A stretch of DNA of 64,000 nucleotides from an uncultured candidate division Zixibacteria bacterium (GTDB lineage Bacteria > Zixibacteria > MSB-5A5 > GN15 > PGXB01). The DNA lies in assembly GCA_963702205.1 (NCBI GenBank), contig OY969724.1:1216001-1280000 (forward strand), given 5' to 3'. Shown piece by piece: positions 19,600-30,530 of the stretch. The first letter of the stretch is position 1. The number at the start of each line of letters is the position of its first letter. Both the position numbers and the translations under genes were made by a program. The notes below the pieces were generated by a model, which was not told where the DNA came from, searched no databases, and was given only the letters and a program-made list of their open reading frames with translations.

Positions 19600-20451
19600 T
19601 TATAGAAGCTCTTTCTTAGGTTCTATTTCGTTGCTCACTTCTAAGCCCGTATCTGCAATATCGACACGGTGCTCATTAGCTGTTTGTTTCTCAGCTATTG
19701 GGGCTCTGCGTCTTTTTGAATGAGGTTTGCTTCGATTGATAGTTTTTATGGCGTTCTTTGTATCCTCGCTTGAAACCAATTCTCTTTTTAAAACGTCATT
19801 CCTGATAATTTCCCCGATTGAGGTAGTGTCGACCGATACTCCTTTGAAAATTGTCCTGATTTTCTTTCTTATAATTTTCAGGATTTCTTCAGATTGGATG
19901 ATTGCAGCTATAGTATTTTTATCGAGGGCTTTACGTTCTTCCTGGAATGATTCAATAACACTTTTGCGAATTGCTTCTTTACTGAGAATGTACAACTTTT
20001 CAAGGAACTTGGCTTCTCTGACACCCTCATTGATAAAATCTAATGAAAGTATGAGATCCATCTCTATAGGCTTGGTAAAAGTGACCTTATATACTTGCCA
20101 TTCAATGCCGTTAGTAAGAAGCACCCAATCGATACCGGCTCTCGCGGCATAATCTACTGCCTGACGCAAATGATTTTCCTTAAGCTCAATCCCGACAGCT
20201 TTGCATTCGATAAGGTAACGTACGTCATTTCCGTCCTTTATTGCGAGATCGCAATAGGTCCCCCTGATAGCGAATTCACTTGTGACGTCATAGTATTTAT
20301 CATAGCCGAATACTTCTGCAAGCATATCGACTATAATATTGACGGTATCACTTTCATTAATATCGCGCTTTTTGGCATCCTCCAATATTTTCGAAAAATT
20401 CCTTACGTTCGTTGAAAAACGTTTTTTGACTTTTGCTGGAATAGCAGACAT
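19600..20451 (-). CDS. stand-alone HsdR N-terminal (HSDR_N)-type PD-(D/E)XK nuclease-domain protein
   Basis: NESDT, E..CD...IECK, QAVDYA and LTNGIEW motifs; visibly AT-rich. Confidence 0.75.
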   Translation of the reverse strand: MSAIPAKVKKRFSTNVRNFSKILEDAKKRDINESDTVNIIVDMLAEVFGYDKYYDVTSEFAIRGTYCDLAIKDGNDVRYLIECKAVGIELKENHLRQAVDYAARAGIDWVLLTNGIEWQVYKVTFTKPIEMDLILSLDFINEGVREAKFLEKLYILSKEAIRKSVIESFQEERKALDKNTIAAIIQSEEILKIIRKKIRTIFKGVSVDTTSIGEIIRNDVLKRELVSSEDTKNAIKTINRSKPHSKRRRAPIAEKQTANEHRVDIADTGLEVSNEIEPKKELL

Positions 20452-20540
20452 CGTAGCCTCCCTTGAGATTAGATTTTAGATTAATCCAATATAAGGCCAT
20501 TTTGATGGAATGGCAATCGTATTGGCCTTTTTTATATCGG

Positions 20541-20586
20541 TGTCGGGTTTCTCGCCCCGACAGGCCGGGACTCGGAACCGACCTAC
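20541..20586 (-). repeat. solo GTAG-type REP-like palindromic unit
   Basis: Reverse complement reads GTAGGTCGGTTCCGAG...GAGAAACCCGACA, matching the units at 35742 and 59211. Confidence 0.7.
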
Positions 20587-20858
20587 CTCTTGTATATCAA
20601 TAAATTTATTCGAGCTTTTGGCCTACTATCGAAACCAATTGCCGTCGCGGTTTTAAAAATGTATATTCCCCGGCAAGCATTAAACCGCTTGGAAAAAGGG
20701 TCGATTTATATTGGCAGGGTGACCGGGGAGGCAGAGGAATGAGCCGCTGACCACGGAAACCTTTTGGTGAAAATACTGTTTTGGTGTTGGCATATCGCAA
20801 TCGAACAATATCGCCGTAAGGCGTGTCGGATAAATTAGTATTATATTGAGGTGCTGCA

Positions 20859-22166
20859 ATGCAGGACAATCTGCTGACCAAAATAAAAAACAAAAATGCC
20901 CGGGTCGGGATTATCGGCCTCGGGTATGTCGGCCTGCCGCTGGCTATCGAAATCGGCCGGGTCGGTTTTGAGGTGTACGGTTTTGATATTTCCGAAAATA
21001 AAGTCAATCTGATCAATGCCGGTAAATCGGACATCGACGACGTCCCCGATGCCGCCGTCAAAGAGCTGGTGCAACAGGGAAAGCTAAAGGCATTCACCGA
21101 TCCGAAAAACCTGAAAAATTGCGATACGATTTCGATCTGCGTGCCGACGCCGCTTTCGAAAACCAAAGACCCCGACGTCAGCTACATTCTCGCGGCTGTC
21201 AACTGGGTGCAGGAGCAGATGCACGAAGAAGTCCTGGTCGTATTGGAATCGACAACGTACCCCGGTACGACCGAAGACATGATTTTGCCTCTGCTCGAAG
21301 AGTCCGGCCTCAAAGTCGGCCAGGATTTTTATCTGGCGTTTTCTCCGGAGCGTGTCGATCCGGGCAATCCGAAATTTCTGACGCACAACACACCGCGCGT
21401 AGTCGGTGGCATCACGCCCAAGTGCACTAAAATCGCCAAGCTCTTTTACGAGCAGTTCATAGATAATATTTATGCGGTTTCGTCGACCAAAGCCGCCGAG
21501 ACGGTTAAGCTTCTGGAGAATACGTTTCGGTCGGTCAATATCGGGCTGGTCAATGAAGTTGCTCTGATGTGCGACCGCCTGGGTTTGAGTGTCTGGGAAA
21601 TTATCGACGCCGCCGCCACCAAGCCGTTCGGCTTCATGCCGTTTTATCCGGGACCGGGACTGGGCGGGCACTGTATCCCGATCGACCCGCACTACTTGTC
21701 GTGGAAGCTGAAAAGCCTGAACTATTACGCCCGGTTTATCGAATTGGCGGGAGACGTCAATTCGCACATGCCGGAATACGTGGTGGACAGAATCGGCAAA
21801 GAGATGAACCGTCGCGGTCGTTCGGTCAAAGACTCGAAAATAGTCCTTCTCGGTATAGCCTACAAGCGGGATATAAAAGACGTTCGCGAATCTCCGGCGC
21901 TCGATGTTTTGAAACTGCTCGAGAATGCCGGAGCCAAAGTCGTTTTTAACGATCCTTTTGTCCCGGAAATTCGCTGGAACGACGGCAAGCTCAGATCGAA
22001 AAAACTTACTCCGGCGCTGATTAAGGGGTCGGACATGGTGGTCATTCTGACCGATCATACTGGCTACGATTACCAAATGATAGTCGATAACGCGCCGGTG
22101 ATTTTCGATACCCGCAACGCCACCAAGAAGATAAAGACGAAGCGAAGCAAGATAGTTCTACTATAG
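20859..22166 (+). CDS. UDP-N-acetyl-hexosamine 6-dehydrogenase (WbpA/WecC-type nucleotide sugar dehydrogenase)
   Basis: GLGYVGLP, ICVPTP, ESTTYPG, SPERVDPG and GGHCIPIDP motifs. Confidence 0.93.
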   Translation: MQDNLLTKIKNKNARVGIIGLGYVGLPLAIEIGRVGFEVYGFDISENKVNLINAGKSDIDDVPDAAVKELVQQGKLKAFTDPKNLKNCDTISICVPTPLSKTKDPDVSYILAAVNWVQEQMHEEVLVVLESTTYPGTTEDMILPLLEESGLKVGQDFYLAFSPERVDPGNPKFLTHNTPRVVGGITPKCTKIAKLFYEQFIDNIYAVSSTKAAETVKLLENTFRSVNIGLVNEVALMCDRLGLSVWEIIDAAATKPFGFMPFYPGPGLGGHCIPIDPHYLSWKLKSLNYYARFIELAGDVNSHMPEYVVDRIGKEMNRRGRSVKDSKIVLLGIAYKRDIKDVRESPALDVLKLLENAGAKVVFNDPFVPEIRWNDGKLRSKKLTPALIKGSDMVVILTDHTGYDYQMIVDNAPVIFDTRNATKKIKTKRSKIVLL

Positions 22167-22327
22167 ATCGGCTGGCAGGCCTTCCCGAATATTCTATTTC
22201 GCCGCTAACTTATTAAATAATAATATGTTAACGGCGATATTTTTTTTCATAGAGATTCAATTCCGACGTCATATTGCCGATAACTTAGTACGGACAGAAC
22301 CTTTTTACACTTGGGCGGCTTAACCCC

Positions 22328-24133
22328 GTGGATCAAATAGACCGAGAAAACCTGGCGCGGCTGATCGCCGAGTTGATCAAAACGATCAAAGTGGTTTCCG
22401 TATATCCGGAAAATAACCCTTTGCCCATAAAACTGCGCGAGTCTTTTTGCGAGCGGTTTTCTGAATTTATCTCAGAAAGCCGGGAACTGAGGTTGAGCAT
22501 CGGCAGCGATGCCATATCATTCGGAAACGAACCGATTTACCACGACAGCTCCGGCGATGAAAAGCTCGCTTCCATTTTCCACAATGCCGGAATAACCGAA
22601 ATATCATTCATGCCGAAATTCGGATATCAGCAGGCCGATGAATTCCTCCTGATGATGAAAAATTTCCTCAACAAGATAGAAGGCGCCGAGGATCTGATCA
22701 CGCTGCTTTGGAAAACCAACATTGATGGGTTCGATTATCAGACGCTGGAAGATTCCATGCTGGGTGAATATGAAGGTGAATTTATTGCGAGAGAAGCCAT
22801 CAAAGAAGGCGACCTGTCCGATTCAAGGTATATCGATCAATCGGACGGCGGCATGACGGTTTATAATGAGATATTTCTCGATGACCCGGATGAAGAAGAA
22901 AGCGACGCGCCATCGGAATCCGGTCTGCCCGCCGAAGAAGGATTCGTGCGCGGGAAAATGGGCTGGGCTGAAGATGAAAATGAGCTTAAAGAGATTTCAA
23001 AAAATATCGCGCGAGTCTTTGACCAGCACTATCAGCTTCAGAACGACGACGATACCACCGCGGCCGCGATAATCGAAGAAGACGCCGGGCAGGATTTTTA
23101 TAAACTGGCGGCAGGTCTGGTACGCGAGATGGTTCTACAGGAAACCGAGTACGGTGAGTTCGTCGAAGCGGTGACGGTTTGCGAGAAGTTTCATTCCGAG
23201 GCTTTTGGACAGGGACGTATCGACTGCGCCGTGGAAACGGCCGATTTTGTTCTTAATTTCGACAAAGGTCTTTCTCCGGAACGAAGCCGGTGGAAAGAAA
23301 GACTTCATACCGCGCGGGCGGCGATGGGTGCCAAGGACTCATTCATACAGTTCGGCAAGGCTCTCAATGCCGATCCTGATTTTCCTCCCGAACAGATCGA
23401 AGATTACCTCAGCCTGTTCGGCTGGGAAGCGCTGGCCTCGGTGGTTGACCTTCTGGGCGAGCTGGAACATAAAAACCATCGCCTGGCGGTCTGTGATTAC
23501 CTGAGCAAAGCCAGTCCCAGGCACGTTGACATACTGGCCAAGGGAATTTTCGATCGACGCTGGTTTGTGGTGCGCAATACTTCGATGATCCTGGCGCGTA
23601 TCGGTGGTCAACGGGCCAATTCGTTTCTGGAAAAAGCGGCGCATCACGAAGACTCCCGCGTCCGCCGTGAAGTTGCAATCGGTCTGGCCGAAGCCTCAAG
23701 CGCCAACAGCATCTATTTGTTGAAAGAATTCCTCTGGGACGACGACCGTGAAGTCAGCCGGATGGCCATCGAATCGTTTTTGAAACTCGATCCGTCGTTC
23801 GGAGTCGAACCTCTTATTACGGTCATCAACGACGCCCGTTTTGCCGGGCTGGACGATACCATTCAGGAAAAAGTGGTGGTCGCGTTTTCCGGTGTCGGCG
23901 GTGAAAAAGCGGTGGAATATCTGGTCAAGCTTATTGACCCGTGGAAGTTCATGCCGAGTTCTTCCGAGGAATTCTATCGCGGTGTCGCGTTCAGGGCACT
24001 GGCCTCGAATCCGTCGGAGGCGGCCGAAAAGGCTCTTTTGAAACTGGCCCGCTGCCTGCGGAAAAAAATACGCTGCATGGCCGGTCAGGCCCTGGCGGAA
24101 CGTCGGGCAAATCTCTCGGAGGGACAAAATTGA
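22328..24133 (+). CDS. HEAT-repeat protein with uncharacterised N-terminal domain
   Basis: DRRWFVVRN and DSRVRREVA-type HEAT/PBS repeats; acidic linker. Confidence 0.8.
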   Translation: MDQIDRENLARLIAELIKTIKVVSVYPENNPLPIKLRESFCERFSEFISESRELRLSIGSDAISFGNEPIYHDSSGDEKLASIFHNAGITEISFMPKFGYQQADEFLLMMKNFLNKIEGAEDLITLLWKTNIDGFDYQTLEDSMLGEYEGEFIAREAIKEGDLSDSRYIDQSDGGMTVYNEIFLDDPDEEESDAPSESGLPAEEGFVRGKMGWAEDENELKEISKNIARVFDQHYQLQNDDDTTAAAIIEEDAGQDFYKLAAGLVREMVLQETEYGEFVEAVTVCEKFHSEAFGQGRIDCAVETADFVLNFDKGLSPERSRWKERLHTARAAMGAKDSFIQFGKALNADPDFPPEQIEDYLSLFGWEALASVVDLLGELEHKNHRLAVCDYLSKASPRHVDILAKGIFDRRWFVVRNTSMILARIGGQRANSFLEKAAHHEDSRVRREVAIGLAEASSANSIYLLKEFLWDDDREVSRMAIESFLKLDPSFGVEPLITVINDARFAGLDDTIQEKVVVAFSGVGGEKAVEYLVKLIDPWKFMPSSSEEFYRGVAFRALASNPSEAAEKALLKLARCLRKKIRCMAGQALAERRANLSEGQN

Positions 24134-25584
24134 GTTCCGAAAATTCCGGACATAAAACGCTGGAACTGGCTTCGACCGGTGAGTACGATCTGGTAAATCT
24201 GTTGTTTTTGCTGTTTCGCACCGCTTCGGTAGTGGAACAGAACAATGAATCGTACATCACCAAGTCGGAAAAATTTTATAAATTGTTCCGCAGCCTGACC
24301 GAGGAATCCGGGAAAATATGTGTCAAAGTCATCAAGGGACGGATATTTATCGGTGAAAAATTCGTCCGTTTCGATACCGACGGCATGGTTCGGGCCCGCG
24401 TGATCATAGACCAGTGGTACCATTTGGGCCTGGGAGGACTGATCCTCGATGAATTCGTGGAGCGCCGCCAGATCGACAAGTTTATTTACCTTATCGCCCG
24501 TGCTCGGGGCGGCGACGTTTCGCAGGAAGAGCTGTCGGTACGGTTAATCGACCTCGGGGTCGATGGCATCACTCTGCTGGCCCCGGAAAAAGAAATAGAC
24601 ACCCCGCTCGAACAGGACGAACGGCTCAAACTTCGCCGGGCCGCCCGGGCGACGTTCTTCCGCTCGATCGCCACGGTCGGCGATATAATGGCCCGCGTCG
24701 CCGAAGACAAAGAAATCGACATTACCAAAACCCGCCGGGTGGTGCAGACACTGGTCGACAATATCATCGACGATGAGTCGGCCCTGATCGAACTGACGGC
24801 GATTCGTGATTTCGATGAGTACACTTACGTCCACAGCACGAACGTCTGCATTTATTCTCTGACCATGGGGATTCATCTCGGGCTGGATCGTGATGGTTTG
24901 TCGCAGCTCGGATTTGCAGCTTTGTTCCACGACCTGGGGAAAGTCAAGCTGCCGGGCGACCTGATCAAAAAGCCCGACGTCTTCGACGAGGACGACTGGG
25001 TTCAGATGCAAAAGCATCCTCAGCTCGGGGCCAAAACCATACTGCGCAATCTCAAACTCGACGATAACATTATCCGGGCGGCGCTGGTCGCGTTCGAGCA
25101 TCATATCAATATGGATTACACCGGCTACCCTCTTTTGAAAATTAAAAGACCGACCAACCTGTTTTCACGCATCGTCGCCATAGCCGATACTTTCGACGCG
25201 CTGACATCGGGCCGGGTGTACATAAAGACGGCCATACCGCCGGATGAAGTCCTGCGCAAGATGATGTATCAAATGACGGTCAAATTCGATGCTTTTCTTC
25301 TCAAGATGTTCGTCAATATCATCGGGGCCTATCCGGCCGGGACGCTGGTCCTGCTGACAAGTCAGGAACTGGCCCTGGTTTTGCGGGCCAACGATGAAAA
25401 TCCGGTCCGTCCGGTGGTGCGCGTAATCGGCAATGAGTCCGGATTGTACGCTGAGTATAAAGAAGTCGATCTGTCGCAGCCGGAATTCGAGTCGATCGAC
25501 GTGGAGCGGATTATCGATCCGGCGGCTCACAATATCGATGTTAAAAGAATTATCCTCGCCGACGATCCTCTAAAAGTTGTATGA
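24130..25584 (+). CDS. HD-GYP domain cyclic-di-nucleotide phosphodiesterase
   Basis: YTYVHS, HDLGK, HH..GYP and IADTFDA motifs; TTG start at 24130 overlaps the upstream TGA. Confidence 0.9.
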   Translation: MSSENSGHKTLELASTGEYDLVNLLFLLFRTASVVEQNNESYITKSEKFYKLFRSLTEESGKICVKVIKGRIFIGEKFVRFDTDGMVRARVIIDQWYHLGLGGLILDEFVERRQIDKFIYLIARARGGDVSQEELSVRLIDLGVDGITLLAPEKEIDTPLEQDERLKLRRAARATFFRSIATVGDIMARVAEDKEIDITKTRRVVQTLVDNIIDDESALIELTAIRDFDEYTYVHSTNVCIYSLTMGIHLGLDRDGLSQLGFAALFHDLGKVKLPGDLIKKPDVFDEDDWVQMQKHPQLGAKTILRNLKLDDNIIRAALVAFEHHINMDYTGYPLLKIKRPTNLFSRIVAIADTFDALTSGRVYIKTAIPPDEVLRKMMYQMTVKFDAFLLKMFVNIIGAYPAGTLVLLTSQELALVLRANDENPVRPVVRVIGNESGLYAEYKEVDLSQPEFESIDVERIIDPAAHNIDVKRIILADDPLKVV

Positions 25585-26143
25585 TAGAGCAATGGCGGCG
25601 GGGGCATTTTCCGCCGGGACTAACTTCAAAGAAATCGATTTATCTTTTTTCGGAAAATTAACGAGATGAGCGTCGACATAAGCGTCGAACATCGAAATGA
25701 AAATCAGGCTTCCCGTGTACCAGGCATAGCGGTTGCGATCGTCGCGAGCGTTCAGGGTACTCGCTATAAAGCGAAGCCTGCAAGTCCGGTCCGGCCGACT
25801 GGAAGGCCTTTCTGGAGTCGGAGGTCTTCGTGCGATAGTGCCAGTAGGTCGCAAACGAGAGAGTTTCCAGCCCCGCGAATAGGACAGCTTTGATATACTT
25901 TTTATTGCCGACTTGTCCCCATCCGGGCACCAGCATCGACTTGAAAAGAGCGGTGGTCGGGTTCTGTGTCCGGATGCTGTCGGGAGATCGTTCGACGAAC
26001 ATGCTTTTATATTTTATGCCCGCAATAGTCGAATCGGCAATATTCCCGGCCTTTTTGGTCGAATCCTCACCGGAATCAGAAGCCGCCATGGTCATGGCCG
26101 CGGCCGTCTGGATGATGACAATTATGACCGCGATTCGAAGCAC
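25570..26143 (-). CDS. DUF5683-type membrane protein, with a +1 frameshift at ~25755-25757
   Basis: PTTALFKSMLVPGWGQ in one frame joins LNARDDRN...DAYVDAHL in another if one C is removed at AGTACCC. Confidence 0.75.
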
Positions 26144-26148
26144 GTGTA

Positions 26149-27072
26149 TTACCCTTCACTGCCGTCAAAGACCCTGATCCGTTTCGGGAAAACTTCAATA
26201 TCGATTTCGGGCACGCCGATGTCGAACAGGTCGCCGTCGACGTACATTTTTAACCCATCGACCGGGCCGACAGCGACTTTGGTCCCGCGATACATGCGTA
26301 TGTTGTCGGCGTACAGGTATTTACCCCTGGCCAGAGTCCGGGCGTATCCCGAAAATATGGCCTTGCCCTGACCGACGTCGAACACGACCTCGGCTTTGCC
26401 GTCATCGTCTATCCCGCCCGCCGAAACCGGCAGTCCCGCCGAATAAGGCAGGAGGTTGACATTGAACATAATCGGCGAAAACTCGAAGGCGAACGAATCT
26501 ATCTTGATCGAAAACTGGCTGACCCTGACTCCGGCGGCACACGACGCCGCCAGGCGCGACCAGCCGATACCGAACCGGGGGAGTCGTCTCGTCGCCAGGC
26601 TGTTGAAAAGCTCGACCGTAAAGCCCAGGCCGACCGATCCGAGGAAGAAATGTCCTCCGGCCAATCCCTGATCGATTCTCCGGTCCTTGCCGGTAAGGAC
26701 GATCTTTATGGCTTTGTCGATCGACGGTTCTCCATACAAAGAGCGATATATATTGTTGAATTTGCCCATCGGGACAATCCCCAGCGGGCAGGTGCGACGA
26801 ATCAAGTGTCGGCCGACCAGGTTGACGGTACCATCGCCGCCGCAGGCAATCATGCCGGCGGGATTGAAATGCAGGGCTTTTTTTATACGGAATACCAGTT
26901 CCCGGGGATTATCCGCGGTAAGTATATAGTATTCGCCTCCGCTGTCGACTATGGCAGCCTTGACCTGTTCCACGATCGCTTCGGAAAAGCCGCTGGCGCG
27001 GCTGTTCAGGATAAGATTCAGGCGCTGTTTACGAGGCGGCTGCGGACCTCGTCGTTTTCGGTATTTTTGCAT
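26149..27072 (-). CDS. diacylglycerol/lipid kinase family protein
   Basis: ILNSRAS, CGGDGT, PMGKFN, VGLGF and VDGD motifs. Confidence 0.85.
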   Translation of the reverse strand: MQKYRKRRGPQPPRKQRLNLILNSRASGFSEAIVEQVKAAIVDSGGEYYILTADNPRELVFRIKKALHFNPAGMIACGGDGTVNLVGRHLIRRTCPLGIVPMGKFNNIYRSLYGEPSIDKAIKIVLTGKDRRIDQGLAGGHFFLGSVGLGFTVELFNSLATRRLPRFGIGWSRLAASCAAGVRVSQFSIKIDSFAFEFSPIMFNVNLLPYSAGLPVSAGGIDDDGKAEVVFDVGQGKAIFSGYARTLARGKYLYADNIRMYRGTKVAVGPVDGLKMYVDGDLFDIGVPEIDIEVFPKRIRVFDGSEG

Positions 27073-27111
27073 ATAGTGAATAATGGTTAATTTTTGGGGA
27101 TATGCAAGCCC

Positions 27112-27879
27112 TTATGGATTTTTTTGCTCCCGGTTCATCAAAATAAGCTCGGTCACCGGCTGGCCGGTATCATTGTCGAGCATTTCCGTTTTGACCGGCG
27201 TGTGCAGGCCGTCTTTCGTAAAATACGAATATCCGTAAGCTCCGACCGCATCGTTGCGGACCTTGTAGCACTCAAATGTTCCGGCCGGGACGGTGACCGT
27301 CTCCAGGCCGATCACTGAGTCGGCCGCCGGAATGGCCTGGTATGGTTTCCCCGTCATAAATAGAAGATTAACAAAGGCATATTCATTTTTGTATCCGGGC
27401 TTGAAATCTTTATTGCGCGCCGTCAAAAGCGTCCCCGAGGTCGTGGTCAGGCCGTCATAAAATGGCATAGCGCCGGGCATGGCGCCAGTATAGTTCGACC
27501 TGATCTGGAGGCTGTCGCCGTCTTTGTTGGCTCGTATTTCAATCGAATCGGCCCCCATCTTTTTGGCCATGTCCGGCGTGAATAAATAGAGATTGTGCGA
27601 ACTGGTGAAGGTAAGGCTGTCACCCTCGAATCTTTCTTTGGTCTCCATTTTTATCTGCTGAGCGATCATGTCTATAGTCTGTTCCGTCTCGAAAACCGGC
27701 GTGGTCGTGTCTAACCGGGTGATGGTAATCGTAAGGCCGTTGGTGACTTTCTTCGGGGTGTAAACGTTGATATTATATGTAAGCGTTTCCGAGACGCCTT
27801 TGGGCCAGATTTTGGTGAGGTCTCCGGCGGTGACCGACGAGAACAACAACAGTAGGGTAATCAGTGCGCGAAAAATCAT
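27112..27879 (-). CDS. secreted protein, DUF3108-like
   Basis: Signal peptide; ETVTVPAGTFECYKV motif. Confidence 0.6.
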   Translation of the reverse strand: MIFRALITLLLLFSSVTAGDLTKIWPKGVSETLTYNINVYTPKKVTNGLTITITRLDTTTPVFETEQTIDMIAQQIKMETKERFEGDSLTFTSSHNLYLFTPDMAKKMGADSIEIRANKDGDSLQIRSNYTGAMPGAMPFYDGLTTTSGTLLTARNKDFKPGYKNEYAFVNLLFMTGKPYQAIPAADSVIGLETVTVPAGTFECYKVRNDAVGAYGYSYFTKDGLHTPVKTEMLDNDTGQPVTELILMNREQKNP

Positions 27880-27951
27880 TTTAACTCTCCTTATATTTTT
27901 ATTTATACCCCGGCTGGACCGGTATTGCCCAAAAAACCGGGGTTATGGCAT

Positions 27952-28860
27952 TCAAATTCCGGCCAGCCAGGTCTTGACGAACCCGGCCTCGTTGTCCCGA
28001 TAGTTGACGGCCCCGACCAGCCGATCGTTTTTCAGGCCAACCAGCGACGTGCCATAAAACCTGTCCGGGGCCTCAAACGAATAATCCTGATCGAATCCGA
28101 TACTGTCGGCAATTGGTTTTATCTCGGCCGTGTTTACGGCTATTTCTTTCCACTGGGCGAACTTGGAGCCGCTGGCGTCGTCGGACAGAAATAATTGAAC
28201 CGTATCGGTTCCAATGATATAATCCTGAGCGTAGACCCTGGTAAGAAATTTTTGGCCCAAATACGATTCCGCGAAATATTTGCGCGATGTCTCGATCAAA
28301 TTTTTTTTCGGGAACAGAGAAAAGGTTTCGGGCAGTGTAGTTCGTCCGGGAATAAAATTTGCCAGTTCTTCGGAGAAATTAGTCAGCGCCAGCGTACTTT
28401 GTTCGGATTCATCATAGCCGATCAGTTTAACAATATAATCACCTTTGACGAAAACCACGCTGGCCGGATCGATAAATCCTTCGGCACCAAGACGGACCGG
28501 CTGAGCATCCACCGGCCGCAGCATGGAATAAAGTCCGTAGGCGTTGTCGGGACTGTCGAACTTGTATATATCGACCACGATTTCGACGCTGTCGGCTTTG
28601 TAATCGGCGGTGGCGACGATTTCAAAATCGTACAGATAATATATCTCCGCGCCGCCGTCGATGTACTCCCAGAGGGTTTGCCCGACAAAAGTGCGGACGT
28701 CGGATATTCGTTTCAGGTGGGTTTTCGATGAGCTTTCGGGAAGGAAGTTCTGCGGGGCGGCCGTATTCGTTTCTTTCTTTTTTGAACCGCACGATACGAA
28801 CAGCAATCCTGTCATCAGTATACAAGCCAAAGCACTCAAATGATATTTGTACTTACTCAT
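27952..28860 (-). CDS. lipoprotein, DUF6599-like
   Basis: Lipobox FVSC; LWEYIDGGAEIYYxYDF and AYGLYS motifs; typical neighbour of DUF362 genes. Confidence 0.65.
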   Translation of the reverse strand: MSKYKYHLSALACILMTGLLFVSCGSKKKETNTAAPQNFLPESSSKTHLKRISDVRTFVGQTLWEYIDGGAEIYYLYDFEIVATADYKADSVEIVVDIYKFDSPDNAYGLYSMLRPVDAQPVRLGAEGFIDPASVVFVKGDYIVKLIGYDESEQSTLALTNFSEELANFIPGRTTLPETFSLFPKKNLIETSRKYFAESYLGQKFLTRVYAQDYIIGTDTVQLFLSDDASGSKFAQWKEIAVNTAEIKPIADSIGFDQDYSFEAPDRFYGTSLVGLKNDRLVGAVNYRDNEAGFVKTWLAGI

Positions 28861-28864
28861 AGTC

Positions 28865-30530
28865 TCAGACACCTTTCCTCTGTAAGAGCAGTTGATTTTC
28901 CGGGGAGCGCGATTCCCCCACCGACGTAATATAAACCGCCGCTTTGTCTTCGATCGGACAGGCGTACTCGCACGCCCCGCAGCCGGTGCACTGCTGGGGG
29001 TCGATATACGGCCTCTGCACGGTGACCGTCCGGCCCTCGGCGTTGACGACCTCTTCTTTTTTAAGATATATCGACTTGGGCGAGGTCGGGCACCATTCTT
29101 CGCAGACGATGCATGGCGTGTTCATGGCCCACGGCAGACAGCGGCCGCGATCGATGAAAGCGGTCCCGATGCGGTTAGGCGGGGTGTTCTTGTCACCGAC
29201 CTTTTGCCTGGTAGTCAATTCTATGATCGCTCCGGTCGGGCAGACCTGTCCGCACAGGGTGCAGGTCGGCTCGCAATACCCAATGCGGGCGATCAAAATC
29301 GGCGACCAGAGTCCTTCCAGGCCGGACTCGAGCAAAGTCGGATGCAGGGCATTATTGGGGCAGACTCTCATGCACTGTCCGCAGCGAATGCACCGTTCGA
29401 GAAATTCACCTTCGGCGGTCGCGCCGGGCGGACGCACCAGTTTGGGGTTGGCGTTCTTTTCGAAAGTATCGCCGGAGCGAAACAGCGGCGTCAGGGCCAG
29501 GCCGCCGACAATCGAGGCCGCCACTTTGCGGCGGGTGATATCGATTTTCCGGGTCGGGGCCGGGTTGTCTTTGGTGTTTTCGTGCTCCGGGAAAAATTTG
29601 AACGACAACGACCCGTGGGGGCACGCCGCCTGACAGTTCAGGCACATGTGACATTCGCTTTGATGCCATTTTGAACCGACGTCGGGATTGTCCGCCCCCT
29701 GACAGGAAAGCAAACACAGATTGCAGTGGTCGCAGGTCGAATGGTCTTTCTGAAGTCCGAATATAGCAAAGCGGGAAAATGTTCCGAGCAAAGCTCCCAG
29801 CGGACAAATTCCCCGACACCAGAAGCGCGTAAAGATTCGATTCATGATCAATATGGCCAGAAAGACCAGCCCGATGGTTAAAATTGTGTGGAAGTGCATC
29901 TGGCGGAAGGGAAGGAATATCGCCGCGAAAACGTCGTATGCCGTCTGGGCCATCGGTACTGACCGGGCTGATCCCGAACGATTTAACCCAGGCCAGAAGA
30001 CCCAGCGAAGCGCTGTGCATCACCGGCAAGACGACCGTCCCCAGCGAACGGGCCAACAGTGGAAGGGGATCGAGCAGGCCGGTCTGGAGCGTTCCGGTTA
30101 TAGCCGCCGCCAGAAGGAAAAACAGGATATAATATTTTATTCTCTGATATTTCTTGTATCGGTTCGATTCGATTTTATTTTTGCCTTTTCTTTTCAGGCG
30201 TTCGGAAGGAATTTCCGATACCCAGTGGTTGAGCGAACCGAGAGGGCAGACCCAGCCGCAGAAGAACCGCCCGAGGAAAATGGTCGGGATTAATATCACC
30301 AGGCACCAGAGAAGGCCTTTGTATATGGTGCCGTTGGCCAGAAGCGTCGCAAGCGCCACCAGCGGGTCGAACTGAAGACCTATGGACACCGGGTACGGCA
30401 GCGTGATGTTGTTGAGATTCGACGGGTCGAGGTTGACATCGAAATTGGTTTTCAAAATCAACCAGAAAAAAACGCAGAAAAAGATAAACTGCGAAAAGCG
30501 GCGGAGATTTCTTACGGCTTTGATAGTCAT
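28865..30530 (-). CDS. membrane-bound polyferredoxin (NapH/NapG-like 4Fe-4S protein), with a +1 frameshift at ~29955
   Basis: GRFFCGWVCPLG in the upstream frame; RFWCRGICPLG and multiple CxxCxxCxxxCP in the downstream frame; rejoined by removing one C at AGTACC. Confidence 0.85.

Noticed and set aside
23941..24129. N-terminal extension of the HD-GYP ORF
   Set aside because: It overlaps the HEAT gene; the TTG at 24130, coupled to the upstream stop and preceded by GGAGGG, is the more plausible start
29406..29953. Programmed ribosomal frameshifts in the four split genes
   Set aside because: No slippery heptamer at the junctions, unrelated gene functions and an identical AGTACC context favour a systematic indel; only the IS3 A7G site looks programmed
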